Shown here: positions 1 through 9,504 of the stretch, one piece after another
Numbering within the stretch: the first letter of the stretch is position 1
Layout: every line of letters begins with the position of its first letter
Assembly (NCBI GenBank): GCA_046160785.1
Contig: JBJXHE010000112.1
Span: 77,016-141,015, forward strand
Length of the DNA: 64,000 nucleotides
Reading direction: 5' to 3'
Origin: Planctomycetota bacterium
GTDB lineage: Bacteria; Planctomycetota; UBA1135; JACQFD01
Translations under genes and position numbers: made by a program
Notes under the pieces: generated by a model
The model's input: only the letters and a program-made list of their open reading frames with translations
Databases searched by the model: none
What the model was told of the DNA's origin: nothing

Positions 1-1835
1 CCGAGGCACGGCACGCAGCGGCGCCGGTTAATGGTAGTACACAATTCCAGATTCTTAGTAAGCCGCTGGCCGCGCGGGCAGCCCATCCAAAAATCGTGCA
101 ATGTTAATCCTGTTCGAATTCCGCGGCTCTTGATTTCGTCGAGAATGGTAGTTGACAGGCACGTGAGCCCCTGCGCGTGTACGACGTCGGGATTCACTTT
201 TTCTAATACTTCAAAAAACGCGCGGTCGATCGACGGGTTATGTAATAAACGTTCGAACCCGTCGCCGAAATCGCTCCACCGATAGTTCACACCGAACTGC
301 GGAACGCCCTCATGTTCGCTCTTGCGAATTGTAAATTCGGGCGCCGTCGGATCCGACGAATCATTACGAAAAATCGCGACTTCGTGACCGCGTTCGCGCA
401 GCTCGCGCGACACGAGCGCAATATGCATTTCGACGCCGCCGACGCTCTCGGGCAGCGTAAACGGATTTACAAATAATACTTTCTTACCTTTCCGCGGCTC
501 TGCAGGAATTTTAGTATTCTCGGCGTCCGCCATTCGCGCCGCGTGAGCGCGCACGCGGTCGAGGCCGTGGCGGCGCGCGTGTTCGTCGACGACGCGCACA
601 AAATACTTTTCCGTTTCCGCCGCCATTTCTTGATCATTGCGCACGCGCGGAACTGATATACACAATTCTTCGTACGCGTCTTGATCATTCGAATAGAAAC
701 GCAAAATTCGCGCGAGGTCTTCGTCGTTATTCTTAGCAAACACGACGCCGCCGCCGCGAGAGAGGGATTCTTTCATTCCGCCGAGATCCGATGCTACAAC
801 CGGCACGCCCTCGCGGAATGCTTCTAATATTGTGACGGGCGCGTTCTCAAACCAGATCGACGGAACAACTAATATATCAATTCCGGCCAGCACTTCCGGA
901 GCGCGTTCCGCCGGAAATCCGCCGAACCACTTCACATTTGGATTCTTGCATTCATTTTTCATGCGCTCGACGAATTGCGGAAACCAGTCGAGCGCGCCGT
1001 GGATTTGTATTTCATTCGGCAAATCTAACATTCGGTTCGACGCGCGAATTAATACTTCCAAACCTTTATAATCCGCGATCGTGCCGACATATCCAATCCG
1101 CAGCGGTTCGCCCGGCGCACGGTCCTTGTGCGGAAACGGCGGTACATCCGGCAGCCCGTGCTCGACGACAACCATCCGGTGCGGCTCGACGAATTGATGT
1201 TTAATAAACGTTTCCCTTAGAAACCGCGACGGCGAAATAAACAAATCCACATGCCGCGCCCGGTCCTGCATCGTCTGCGCGCGCCGCTCCATCGCTAATG
1301 GTAATGCTAACGATCGGTCGGCGCGTCCATACCGCTGCGGAATGAGCGGCACCCTGTGAGCGCACTCCGCGCACAAATCGGGGCGCGGCCCCTTTTCGCA
1401 TATTTGTAAATTTTCTAATAAAAAAGTGCTGCGATGGCACAAAAGCCAATATTCATGAAGCGTGCATACAATTGGAACGCGCTGATCCGCGGCTGCGCGA
1501 ACAGCATCAAATCCAAAAAACATCGTATGTTGAAAATGTACTAAATCGGGCTTCACGCGGCGCACGACCTCGCCGACGACGCGGTTCATCTCCGGATTTG
1601 CATACGTTCGCTCGAAATCATCCATTCCGTGCGCCCACGCAACTTCAATCACCGGCGTGCCCCGATACTCACGTTCCGCAATGGAATATTGCTGGCGATC
1701 TCCCGTGTGCTCGACGGCGAGAATTGTTACTTCGTGTCCGCGCTCCCGCAGAGCGTGCGCGAGCTGATCTGTATGAATCTCCGTACCGGCGCGATGGCGC
1801 GGAAGGAACTGATGAACGACGGCGAGAATTTTCAC
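1..1835 (-). CDS. Glycosyltransferase with two tandem GT4 (GT-B) modules; partial, 3' end lies beyond the window edge
   Basis: Missing from the ORF track only because no stop lies in the window. Manual minus-strand translation from GTG (1835..1833) gives VKILAVVHQFLPRHRAGTEIHTDQLAHALRERGHEVTILAVEH... with no stop found down to base 3 (frame re-checked codon by codon over ~1195-1460, ~461-491 and the last 32 nt; the rest was read once). A second GT4 N-terminus (KKVLFVNPFTLPESVGGVEMHIALVSRELRERGHEVAIF) begins near 485. The start overlaps the upstream stop as GTGA. Confidence 0.8.
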   Translation of the reverse strand, partial: MKILAVVHQFLPRHRAGTEIHTDQLAHALRERGHEVTILAVEHTGDRQQYSIAEREYRGTPVIEVAWAHGMDDFERTYANPEMNRVVGEVVRRVKPDLVHFQHTMFFGFDAVRAAADQRVPIVCTLHEYWLLCHRSTFLLENLQICEKGPRPDLCAECAHRVPLIPQRYGRADRSLALPLAMERRAQTMQDRARHVDLFISPSRFLRETFIKHQFVEPHRMVVVEHGLPDVPPFPHKDRAPGEPLRIGYVGTIADYKGLEVLIRASNRMLDLPNEIQIHGALDWFPQFVERMKNECKNPNVKWFGGFPAERAPEVLAGIDILVVPSIWFENAPVTILEAFREGVPVVASDLGGMKESLSRGGGVVFAKNNDEDLARILRFYSNDQDAYEELCISVPRVRNDQEMAAETEKYFVRVVDEHARRHGLDRVRAHAARMADAENTKIPAEPRKGKKVLFVNPFTLPESVGGVEMHIALVSRELRERGHEVAIFRNDSSDPTAPEFTIRKSEHEGVPQFGVNYRWSDFGDGFERLLHNPSIDRAFFEVLEKVNPDVVHAQGLTCLSTTILDEIKSRGIRTGLTLHDFWMGCPRGQRLTKNLELCTTINRRRCVPCL

Positions 1836-3304
1836 TTCGGGCTGCGCTGTTCGGCGTCGGCGACGCGGCGCGCGAGTTCAACATTCATTTTTTCTAAACG
1901 TTCGCGCTCGGCCTGAAGGAATTCGATCATCTTAATTCTATTTTCCCGGTCTTCCTGCACCTCGCGCGCGAATCGCGCCAATGATTCAAATCGTAGCGCG
2001 TGGCGCAGCCGGTTCTCCGATCGTTGAAATTCAAAAATAACGTGCGCGCGGTCGTCGAATTGTGAAGTCTGCGGCGCCTTGCCCTCGGCCGCGGCCTCTT
2101 CATACAATTTTTCGAGACGCTCGGCGTGCTCGTGAATGGTAATCGGCGGATTCTCTACTTTAAATTTTGTTAGCGAAGCCGGGCGTTCAATAAATTCATC
2201 TAATATTCCGGCGAGCGCAGCGCGATCGCCGCGCGGAAACGTACGGCCCGCCGCGCCAAGCCGCTCGCCGAGCGCGCCGAAATCGCTTGCTACAATTGGA
2301 TATCCGAGCGCGAGCGCCTCGTCGAGCGCAAAACTGTAAGATTCCGCGGCCAGGCTCGGCATTACGACGACATCAAATATATCTTTTAATAAATCCTGAG
2401 CACGAAACGGCCCGTGGAATTCCACGCGGATGCCTTCGGCTAATTGTTGTAATCGCGCACCGTAACCGTCGTCGGAGATTCCGCCGTAGAGGTGAACCTC
2501 CATCTGGTTTTTGTAGCGGCACTGCTGCACCGCTTCTAACAAAACGTGGATTCCTTTTAATGGATATAATGCGCCCCAGTGCCCGATTCTTAATATTCCG
2601 TCGGCGAGCGGGCGCCGGCGCTTGCCGGGCTGCAGATCCGCGATCGAACCGTTCGGCACAACTGTAAATATCTTCGAATCTAAACCCAGCGCGGCTGCGA
2701 TGCGGTCTCCGTGCCCTTTTGTAGGAACAATCCGGCGGCGCGCCACGGTGAGCTCATTAATAATATCTTCGCGAAAGAGCCGCGCCGCCTCGCGCAATTC
2801 TCCAGAGCCCGTCCATTGGCGCGCACCGCCGACGCATGCTACACATCCGGCCGGCTCCAGTTTTCTGTTACAAAATTCCTCGCCTTCGAGCATGCGGTCG
2901 ACCTTAAGACACGTCGTCCACAAATCATGCAATGTAACAATTGCCGGAATCTTCCTGCGCCGCGCGATCTCCGCCATGTCGCGCGTCATTCGCATCCAAT
3001 GATGAATATGAACTAAATCCGGTTTTATTTTAGCAAGCGCTTTATCAAAAAAAGCACCCGCGGTCGGACAAAACGATTTTTCCCAACGTTCATGAAACGG
3101 ATCGCTGCGGTGAAATCGCGAAACGGGAATATTATCAATAACGTCTTCCGTCGTTCGATCGGTATGAAACCATTGCAAGGATCCGGCGACTACAAATATG
3201 GAGTGTCCGCGCGCTGCGAGCGCGTTCGCGACTTTTCTAACATAAAGCTCTGTACCGCCCGTGCATTCGGGCGGATAACCGTGAACCGCGAAAAGGATCC
3301 GCAT
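1832..3304 (-). CDS. GT4-family glycosyltransferase with a ~100 aa C-terminal coiled-coil tail
   Basis: 490 aa ORF. N-terminus MRILFAVHGYPPECTGGTELYVRKVANALAARGHSIFVV is typical of GT4. C-terminal Rossmann segment VVMPSLAAESYSFALDEALALGYPIVASDFGAL. The tail is rich in E/R/L heptad-like sequence. Confidence 0.85.
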   Translation of the reverse strand: MRILFAVHGYPPECTGGTELYVRKVANALAARGHSIFVVAGSLQWFHTDRTTEDVIDNIPVSRFHRSDPFHERWEKSFCPTAGAFFDKALAKIKPDLVHIHHWMRMTRDMAEIARRRKIPAIVTLHDLWTTCLKVDRMLEGEEFCNRKLEPAGCVACVGGARQWTGSGELREAARLFREDIINELTVARRRIVPTKGHGDRIAAALGLDSKIFTVVPNGSIADLQPGKRRRPLADGILRIGHWGALYPLKGIHVLLEAVQQCRYKNQMEVHLYGGISDDGYGARLQQLAEGIRVEFHGPFRAQDLLKDIFDVVVMPSLAAESYSFALDEALALGYPIVASDFGALGERLGAAGRTFPRGDRAALAGILDEFIERPASLTKFKVENPPITIHEHAERLEKLYEEAAAEGKAPQTSQFDDRAHVIFEFQRSENRLRHALRFESLARFAREVQEDRENRIKMIEFLQAERERLEKMNVELARRVADAEQRSPK

Positions 3305-3325
3305 TATTAATTATATTTTGGAATC

Positions 3326-4723
3326 TTAATTTTTAACGATTCGCCGCGCTAATTCAATGATTCGCGGCGGGTGTTCGGCCGCGTCGGCATCAATCGGCCG
3401 GGGGGCGGGCGCCGCAGAAGCCGCGCTCGCGAGAAGCGCAGGTTCACTAAGAATGCGGCCGAGCGCGAGAGCGAGCGCCTCGGAATCGCCCGCCGCGAAG
3501 CGAAAACCGCCGCGCCCTTCATGCACGAGTTCCGCCATGCCGCCTAAATCCGCGACGAGAACGGGCACGCGCGCGGCAAACGCTTCGAGGATCGCGAGCG
3601 GCGAATTCTCCCACCAGACCGACGGCACGACGAGGAGGTCGGTGCGCGAGAGGCGATTTGCTAATTCTCGGCGCTCGAACGCGGGCTCGATCCGGGCGCC
3701 GGCTTCGCGCGCGGCCGATTCTAACAATTCAAAATAACCGGGCTCGCGCGCCGCGCCGCGGATTGTTAGCGTCGCGCGCGCGCGCGTTTCGGGCGGTAAT
3801 TGTAACCACGCGCGAATTAATAAATCCGGCGCTTTTGCAAATGTTAATTGTCCGTGGAACGCAACGCGCGTTTTCTGCGATGCCGTTCGATCCACTTTCT
3901 TAAACAAATCGAGTTCGAGGCCGAGCGGAACAACGAATAGTTTCTGCTCGGGCAGTCCAAACTTAACAAGTTCGCCGGCGAGCACGTGCGTCGGCGAATG
4001 GAAGTAATGAATATATGGATAAACTTCGTTCTTAAAAAAATCGAAACGCGACGCGATCGCCGACGCGAGTTCGAGCGGCGCGGGCTCGCTTCCGCTCGGA
4101 TTGTTCATTTTCTTTTTTCGTAACTTTCGCAGCGCCGCTTTTGCCGCAATGGAGACGTCGACGCCTGTCACTTTTTTTATCTTAGCAATCGTGCGGCCTG
4201 CCGCGGCGGCGCCCGGCGGCTGGCGCCACGGCGTTTGTTGCATACAATTCGCGCAAATATTAAAATCAATATCCTTACAAATCGCGCCGCGCGGATGGAA
4301 ACGCTGGCCGAAGCGCGGGCATGTAAACCAATAATCGTGCAGCGTCATGCCGATCGGCAATTGTGCATTCCAGTCGGCCGCGGCGCGCGGCAGCACGGCG
4401 CCGACATCCATTAAATGTTGGAAATGGACAAGATCCGGTTTTGTTTTATTAAGAAACCTGTGAAACGGCGCGACCGCAGACGTGCGCGAATACGTTTCTG
4501 CAAAATTGTTATAAAAGAGATTATTAATGAACCACGTGATGACGATACCATCGCGCCGCTCCTCGTGCGCCGTCCCGTCTTTTTTTGTAATATTTTTTTC
4601 GGCGGCGAATACAAACACTTCGTGCCCGGCGCGAACGAGAGCGCGCGCGTAGGCTTCTGTATAAATCTCAGCGCCGCCGAGCCGCGCGGGCGGATAACTG
4701 TGGCTAACAATAGCAATTCGCAT
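3326..4723 (-). CDS. GT4-family glycosyltransferase
   Basis: 465 aa ORF. MRIAIVSHSYPPARLGGAEIYTEAYARALVRAGHEVFVF; LLVVPSVWWENSPLAILEAFAARVPVLVADLGGMAE (E-x7-E-like region). Confidence 0.85.
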   Translation of the reverse strand: MRIAIVSHSYPPARLGGAEIYTEAYARALVRAGHEVFVFAAEKNITKKDGTAHEERRDGIVITWFINNLFYNNFAETYSRTSAVAPFHRFLNKTKPDLVHFQHLMDVGAVLPRAAADWNAQLPIGMTLHDYWFTCPRFGQRFHPRGAICKDIDFNICANCMQQTPWRQPPGAAAAGRTIAKIKKVTGVDVSIAAKAALRKLRKKKMNNPSGSEPAPLELASAIASRFDFFKNEVYPYIHYFHSPTHVLAGELVKFGLPEQKLFVVPLGLELDLFKKVDRTASQKTRVAFHGQLTFAKAPDLLIRAWLQLPPETRARATLTIRGAAREPGYFELLESAAREAGARIEPAFERRELANRLSRTDLLVVPSVWWENSPLAILEAFAARVPVLVADLGGMAELVHEGRGGFRFAAGDSEALALALGRILSEPALLASAASAAPAPRPIDADAAEHPPRIIELARRIVKN

Positions 4724-4750
4724 GGAACGTCGCGCCGCCGGTTATTAATA

Positions 4751-5680
4751 TTACTTTTGGCTTGTACGCCAAAGTTCCATGCGATCCGGCGAAAGCCGGA
4801 TGCCCGCGAAACCGTCGCGAATCCCCTTCCATTTCGCCGCGACGGCGCGCGCGTCGCCGCCCGATTTGAATCGTTCGCGCAGCCACGCGAATGGTAATAA
4901 TACAATATCGAATATCCAAAACGCGGCCCAATGTTGCATTTTACCGTTCGTCCGGAGGAAGTGGACGCTATTTAATGCATTCGCGTATTTTCGCGCGCGC
5001 GAGTAGCCGCCTCCGCTCGACGACGACGGTTGATGATACACCACCGACGCGGGCACGACGCGATTTTTGTAACCTTTCCGCGCGGCGCGAACGCCAAAGT
5101 CGACGTCCTCCATATATGCAAAATACGATTCATCAAATCCGCCGAGCGCTTGAAACAGTTCGGAACGTATCAATAACGCGCAGCCCGGAATATAATCACA
5201 ATCGAACGGTTCGGCCGGAATCCTAGAATCTGTTTTGTTAAATCCAATCAGCTCGGATACGTTTTCGCGGAATCTTATCTTTCCGCCCGCGCTCCAAATC
5301 CGGCGCGAGCCGTCGCCAAAATAAACTTTCGGGCCCGCGCAGCCAACGTTAGTATTCGATTCGAGTTCGGCGGCGAGCGGCGCGAGGAAGCCGCGCTCGA
5401 CCCACGCGTCATTATTAAGAAACAGCAGCGCGTTCGCGCCGAGTTCCCGGATCGCGTGGCGCGCGCCCGCGTTCGCGCCGCCGCAAAATCCCGTGTTTCG
5501 AGGGAGATCGAGGCGCGCAATCTTAGGAAACTCCTTTGCTAATATTTCGCGCGAGCCGTCGGCGGATCCGTTATCAACAATTAATATTTGTAATTTTTCG
5601 GCGGACGCCAGCAGCGATTCGACGCACCTGCGCGTATCGGCGGCGGCATTCCAATTAATAACAATCGCGGCAACTTTCAC
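4751..5680 (-). CDS. GT2-family glycosyltransferase
   Basis: 309 aa ORF. KVAAIVINWNAAADTRRCVESL...ILIVDNGSADGS is a GT-A N-terminus, with a DAW (DxD-like) motif. The GTG start forms a GTGA overlap with the upstream stop. Confidence 0.85.
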   Translation of the reverse strand: MKVAAIVINWNAAADTRRCVESLLASAEKLQILIVDNGSADGSREILAKEFPKIARLDLPRNTGFCGGANAGARHAIRELGANALLFLNNDAWVERGFLAPLAAELESNTNVGCAGPKVYFGDGSRRIWSAGGKIRFRENVSELIGFNKTDSRIPAEPFDCDYIPGCALLIRSELFQALGGFDESYFAYMEDVDFGVRAARKGYKNRVVPASVVYHQPSSSSGGGYSRARKYANALNSVHFLRTNGKMQHWAAFWIFDIVLLPFAWLRERFKSGGDARAVAAKWKGIRDGFAGIRLSPDRMELWRTSQK

Positions 5681-6690
5681 GATCGCCCTCCCGTCAGCGT
5701 CCAGAAAAATCGCAGCGAGCCGTCCAGGATTTTCGAGAATACTAACGTTCCGCGCCCCGCCGTGAGCGGCGGCCAGAGCGTGAGCGGCCCGCCGCGCACA
5801 AATTCGCGGTCGCGCACGCGCCGCCGCGTTTTTGTTATTCTGCGCGCCGCGAGCGCCGCCGGCAAATGATAAAAAAAGGACAGCTTGCCGTGCACGTACG
5901 CGTGCGGCGAAAACTTCATAATTGCAAAAACGACCGCTGCCAATTCATAAAGAATCAATCCCGGAAGCCCGAGCAGCAGCGTCGAGAATTGATAATTCTT
6001 AATTAAGAAAAGCCAGCGGTTGCGCGAATGTAAGAATACGCGGCGCGCCGGATAGAGACCGGCGCGGAACGACGTGCCCGCCGTGCCGCCGCGGTGAATC
6101 ACAATGGAATCTTCAACGCTAACAATCTTTTTTCCGGACGACCGCAACCGGTACGAAAGATCGCTGTCCTCGAAAAGTATAAAAAACGCGGGATCGAACC
6201 CGCCCGCGGAAAGTAAACATTCGCGGTCGGCGAGAAGCGCAACGGATACAAACGCGTCAATTTCAACAATCGCCGGCCGGGCCGCGCGCGCCGCGGGAAC
6301 GTAAAAATTCCGTAAAATTAATAATCCGACATAATGAAAAAACGCGCCGTCGTACTGCACGAGCGCCGGGTCTTCCTCCGCGACGGCTCGCGGTTCGGCG
6401 GCGGCCAGTTCGTTATGATTCGTGGAATTGTTTAGAAATGCGATCAGTAACTTTTCGATCGCGTCGTCGCGCAGGATCACGTCGCAGTCGACCGCAAATA
6501 CATATTTTGTTTTCGCAACTTCGAGCCCTCGATTTCGCGCGGGGCACGGGCCGTCATTCTTAGCGAGCGTTACTAACAATGCATCCGGAAACTCCGACTT
6601 AACAATTTCGCGGCTCGCGTCCGTCGACGCATTGTCAACAATAATCAATTTCGCCGGCCGCGCAGTCTGGCGTTCGATCGATTCTATCAA
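5677..6690 (-). CDS. GT2-family glycosyltransferase with a C-terminal membrane segment; true start probably upstream of 6690 (see findings)
   Basis: 337 aa from the first canonical start (TTG 6690..6688). The frame stays open to 6786 and encodes ...ETTAVICCYNGERYLRDL upstream of that TTG, which is the conserved GT2 first strand and YN motif. IIVDNASTDASREIV follows. Confidence 0.8.
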   Translation of the reverse strand: MIESIERQTARPAKLIIVDNASTDASREIVKSEFPDALLVTLAKNDGPCPARNRGLEVAKTKYVFAVDCDVILRDDAIEKLLIAFLNNSTNHNELAAAEPRAVAEEDPALVQYDGAFFHYVGLLILRNFYVPAARAARPAIVEIDAFVSVALLADRECLLSAGGFDPAFFILFEDSDLSYRLRSSGKKIVSVEDSIVIHRGGTAGTSFRAGLYPARRVFLHSRNRWLFLIKNYQFSTLLLGLPGLILYELAAVVFAIMKFSPHAYVHGKLSFFYHLPAALAARRITKTRRRVRDREFVRGGPLTLWPPLTAGRGTLVFSKILDGSLRFFWTLTGGRS

Positions 6691-6916
6691 ATCACGAAGG
6701 TAGCGTTCGCCGTTATAACAACAAATAACGGCGGTGGTTTCGTTCGCGAGCGCGAGAATTTCGGGAGTCGGCGCGATTGCATCAAATTAGCTTTTAACGG
6801 ATGCGATTGCCACCGCTTACAAAACGACCGTTTGCGGAGAGGCTTCGAATCACTACGAAACTACAATTAAATCCGCGTTTGAATTTGTCGGCGCCGGCCG
6901 CGAGACTCGGGCGGGA

Positions 6917-9472
6917 ATGCTTTCGAAGTTACCGATCGACTCCGTCCTCCCCGCGCTGCTCGCCGAAATTCGCGCGGGCCGGAACGCGGTATTGCGGGCG
7001 CCGACGGGCGCGGGAAAAACGACGCGAGTTCCACGCGCGCTTTTTGATGAAAAACTTTCCGGCGGAAAGCAAATATTACTATTAGAACCACGCCGGCTTG
7101 CGGCACGAGCCGCCGCACGGCGGATCGCCGTGGAGATGAATTGTAATGTTGGCGAGGAAGTTGGCTACCACGTTCGATTCGACAGGCGGGCGGGCGCGCG
7201 CACAAAAATATTAGTTATAACAGAAGGGATCTTTGTAAGATTCATGCAGGAAGACCCGTTTCTCGAACGCGCGGGCATCGTTTTATTTGATGAATTTCAC
7301 GAGCGCAACCTCGACGCGGACCTCGGTTTCGCGATGGCGCGCAAATTACAGATCGAAGCGCGGCCCGACCTGCGAATGATAGCGATGTCGGCGACGCTCG
7401 ACGCGGCTCCGCTTGCAACATTTCTCGGAAATTGTAATATTATCGAATCGGCGGGACGGCTTCATCCCGTCGCCGATTGTTATATTCCGCGCCGCGGCGA
7501 CGAGCCGCTCGAAAAATCCGCCGCCGCGGCGGTCGACCGTGCGCTGCTCGAAACCGATGGACATATCTTAGTCTTTCTTCCGGGCGCCGCCGAAATCCGC
7601 CGCGCGCGCGAAATTCTAACAAAAAAGCCAAATATACTATTGTTAGATTTGCACGGCGAGATGCCGCCCGAGGCGCAGGACGAAGTATTAAAACCGTCGG
7701 AGGTGCGAAAGGTGATTCTCGCGACGAACGTCGCCGAAACATCATTAACGATCGAAGGCGTCACGGCCGTCGTCGACAGCGGCCTCCGAAAAGTATTAAT
7801 TTATGATCCGGCGGTAGGCCTCGACCGCCTCGAAATTGTTAAAATATCACAATCGTCGGCGCGCCAGCGCGCCGGCCGCGCGGGCCGCACGTCTCCCGGT
7901 ATTTGTTATCATCTCTGGAACGAGATGGAGAATCGTTCCTTTGCTATCAACGACGAGCCTGAGATCGCGCGCGTCGATCTCGCGGGCGCGATGTTACAAT
8001 TACGTTCATGGGGCGAGAGTGATCTTCGTACATTTCCGTGGTTCGAAAAACCTCCCGAGGTTTCATTAGCTCGCGCGGAATTGTTGCTTTCGCGCCTCGG
8101 CGCCGTCGACGCTTCGGGAATGACACAAATCGGAAAAGCGATGGCTGCAATTCCAGCGCATCCGCGCATCGCGCGATTGCTTATCGAAGGCTACGAATAC
8201 GGAATTCCCGAGCACGCCGCGCTCGCGGCCGCGCTCCTCTCGGAGCGAGATCCGTTTCGTTATCATCTAACCAAAGCGCCTCCGGGCAGCCGCGGCGCCG
8301 CGCACACGTCGCCGTCGGATTTGTTAGATCGAGTTCATATATTACAAGATTTTGAAAAACGCGGATCTGTATATTCCGACATCGGAGAAATCCAGCGCGG
8401 CGCCGCGAAACTGATTTTCTCCGCGCGCGACCAATATTTACAAATCCTGGAAGGGCGTGTTCGCACCCTTTCGCCGCCCAATTTCTCGAGCGCCGACGAA
8501 GCGCTGCTCCATGCGATTTTTGTAGCATACGCTGACCGGCTCGCACGGCGGCGGACCTCAAATGATAAAAAGGCGAATGATAAGAATAAGGAACGGCGCG
8601 GCGTCATGGCGGGTGGCCGCGGCGTTCAATTATCCGAATCGAGCGCAGTGACCGAAGCTGAATTTTTTGTTTGTATTAATATTGACGCTGGCGGCGCCGA
8701 ATCGATCGTACGCATCGCGTCGGCCGTCGAGCCGGAATGGCTGCCCCAGGATTGGATACAAACAAAAGAAGAAGCCGTCTTTGACGAAAATTCGGAACGA
8801 GTTGTAGTAACTCGAAAACAAACAATCGACGGAATCACGATTCGCGAAACGGCCGTCCATTCGAGCGATTCGGAAAAGATAACACAAATACTCGCCGCCG
8901 CCGCCCGGCGGGACGTCGCACGAATACTACCAAAAGACGGCGCGGAGTTGGGTTCCTTTCTCGCGCGCGCGGCGTGCCTGCGCGCGTGGCTTCCCGAACT
9001 ACAATTTCCCGACGTTACGATTGAGGAAATTATAAATGATGTTTGCGCCGGAAAGACTTCGTTCGAAGCCTTACAAAAAGCGCCGTGGCTCGATTTCTTA
9101 AAATCGCGGCTCACGCGCGATCAGATTTTAACTCTAGATCGCGAAGCGCCCGAGACTATCCAAGTGCCCAGCGGCAGTTTTATTAAGATTCAATACGAAC
9201 CCGGCAAACCGCCCGTTCTCGCCGCACGCATTCAGGAATTGTTTGGAATGCGCGAAACGCCGAAGATCGCACGCGGACGCGTTTCGTTATTATTACATTT
9301 ACTCGCGCCAAATTATCGCCCGCAACAAATAACAAATGACCTTGCGAGTTTTTGGAATCATACCTATCCAAAGGTGCGCAAAGAGCTGCGCGCGCGCTAT
9401 CCGCGACACGCGTGGCCCGAAGATCCGTGGACGGCCGCGGCCGAACGAAAGCCGCGGCCGCGAAATCATTAA
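6917..9472 (+). CDS. hrpB: ATP-dependent DEAH-box RNA helicase HrpB
   Basis: 851 aa. Walker A APTGAGKTT, DEFHER box, SATL, and QRAGRAGR motif VI. The long C-terminal region ending ...RYPRHAWPEDPW is characteristic of HrpB. Confidence 0.9.
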   Translation: MLSKLPIDSVLPALLAEIRAGRNAVLRAPTGAGKTTRVPRALFDEKLSGGKQILLLEPRRLAARAAARRIAVEMNCNVGEEVGYHVRFDRRAGARTKILVITEGIFVRFMQEDPFLERAGIVLFDEFHERNLDADLGFAMARKLQIEARPDLRMIAMSATLDAAPLATFLGNCNIIESAGRLHPVADCYIPRRGDEPLEKSAAAAVDRALLETDGHILVFLPGAAEIRRAREILTKKPNILLLDLHGEMPPEAQDEVLKPSEVRKVILATNVAETSLTIEGVTAVVDSGLRKVLIYDPAVGLDRLEIVKISQSSARQRAGRAGRTSPGICYHLWNEMENRSFAINDEPEIARVDLAGAMLQLRSWGESDLRTFPWFEKPPEVSLARAELLLSRLGAVDASGMTQIGKAMAAIPAHPRIARLLIEGYEYGIPEHAALAAALLSERDPFRYHLTKAPPGSRGAAHTSPSDLLDRVHILQDFEKRGSVYSDIGEIQRGAAKLIFSARDQYLQILEGRVRTLSPPNFSSADEALLHAIFVAYADRLARRRTSNDKKANDKNKERRGVMAGGRGVQLSESSAVTEAEFFVCINIDAGGAESIVRIASAVEPEWLPQDWIQTKEEAVFDENSERVVVTRKQTIDGITIRETAVHSSDSEKITQILAAAARRDVARILPKDGAELGSFLARAACLRAWLPELQFPDVTIEEIINDVCAGKTSFEALQKAPWLDFLKSRLTRDQILTLDREAPETIQVPSGSFIKIQYEPGKPPVLAARIQELFGMRETPKIARGRVSLLLHLLAPNYRPQQITNDLASFWNHTYPKVRKELRARYPRHAWPEDPWTAAAERKPRPRNH

Positions 9473-9504
9473 TATAATAAATGCTTGCGATGAGAAGCTA
9501 ATAA

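Noticed and set aside
1-1830. The ORF track has no long ORF here. It looked at first like non-coding DNA, a pseudogene or a non-standard genetic code.
   Set aside because: Manual minus-strand translation gives an uninterrupted GT4-GT4 reading frame from GTG 1835 to the window edge. The track omitted it only because its stop codon lies outside the window.
4411-4931. Three overlapping ORFs (4411..4905 -, 4415..4897 +, 4704..4931 -) across the GT4/GT2 junction.
   Set aside because: They are alternative frames of the well-supported glycosyltransferase genes, they cross the gene boundary, and their translations have no features.
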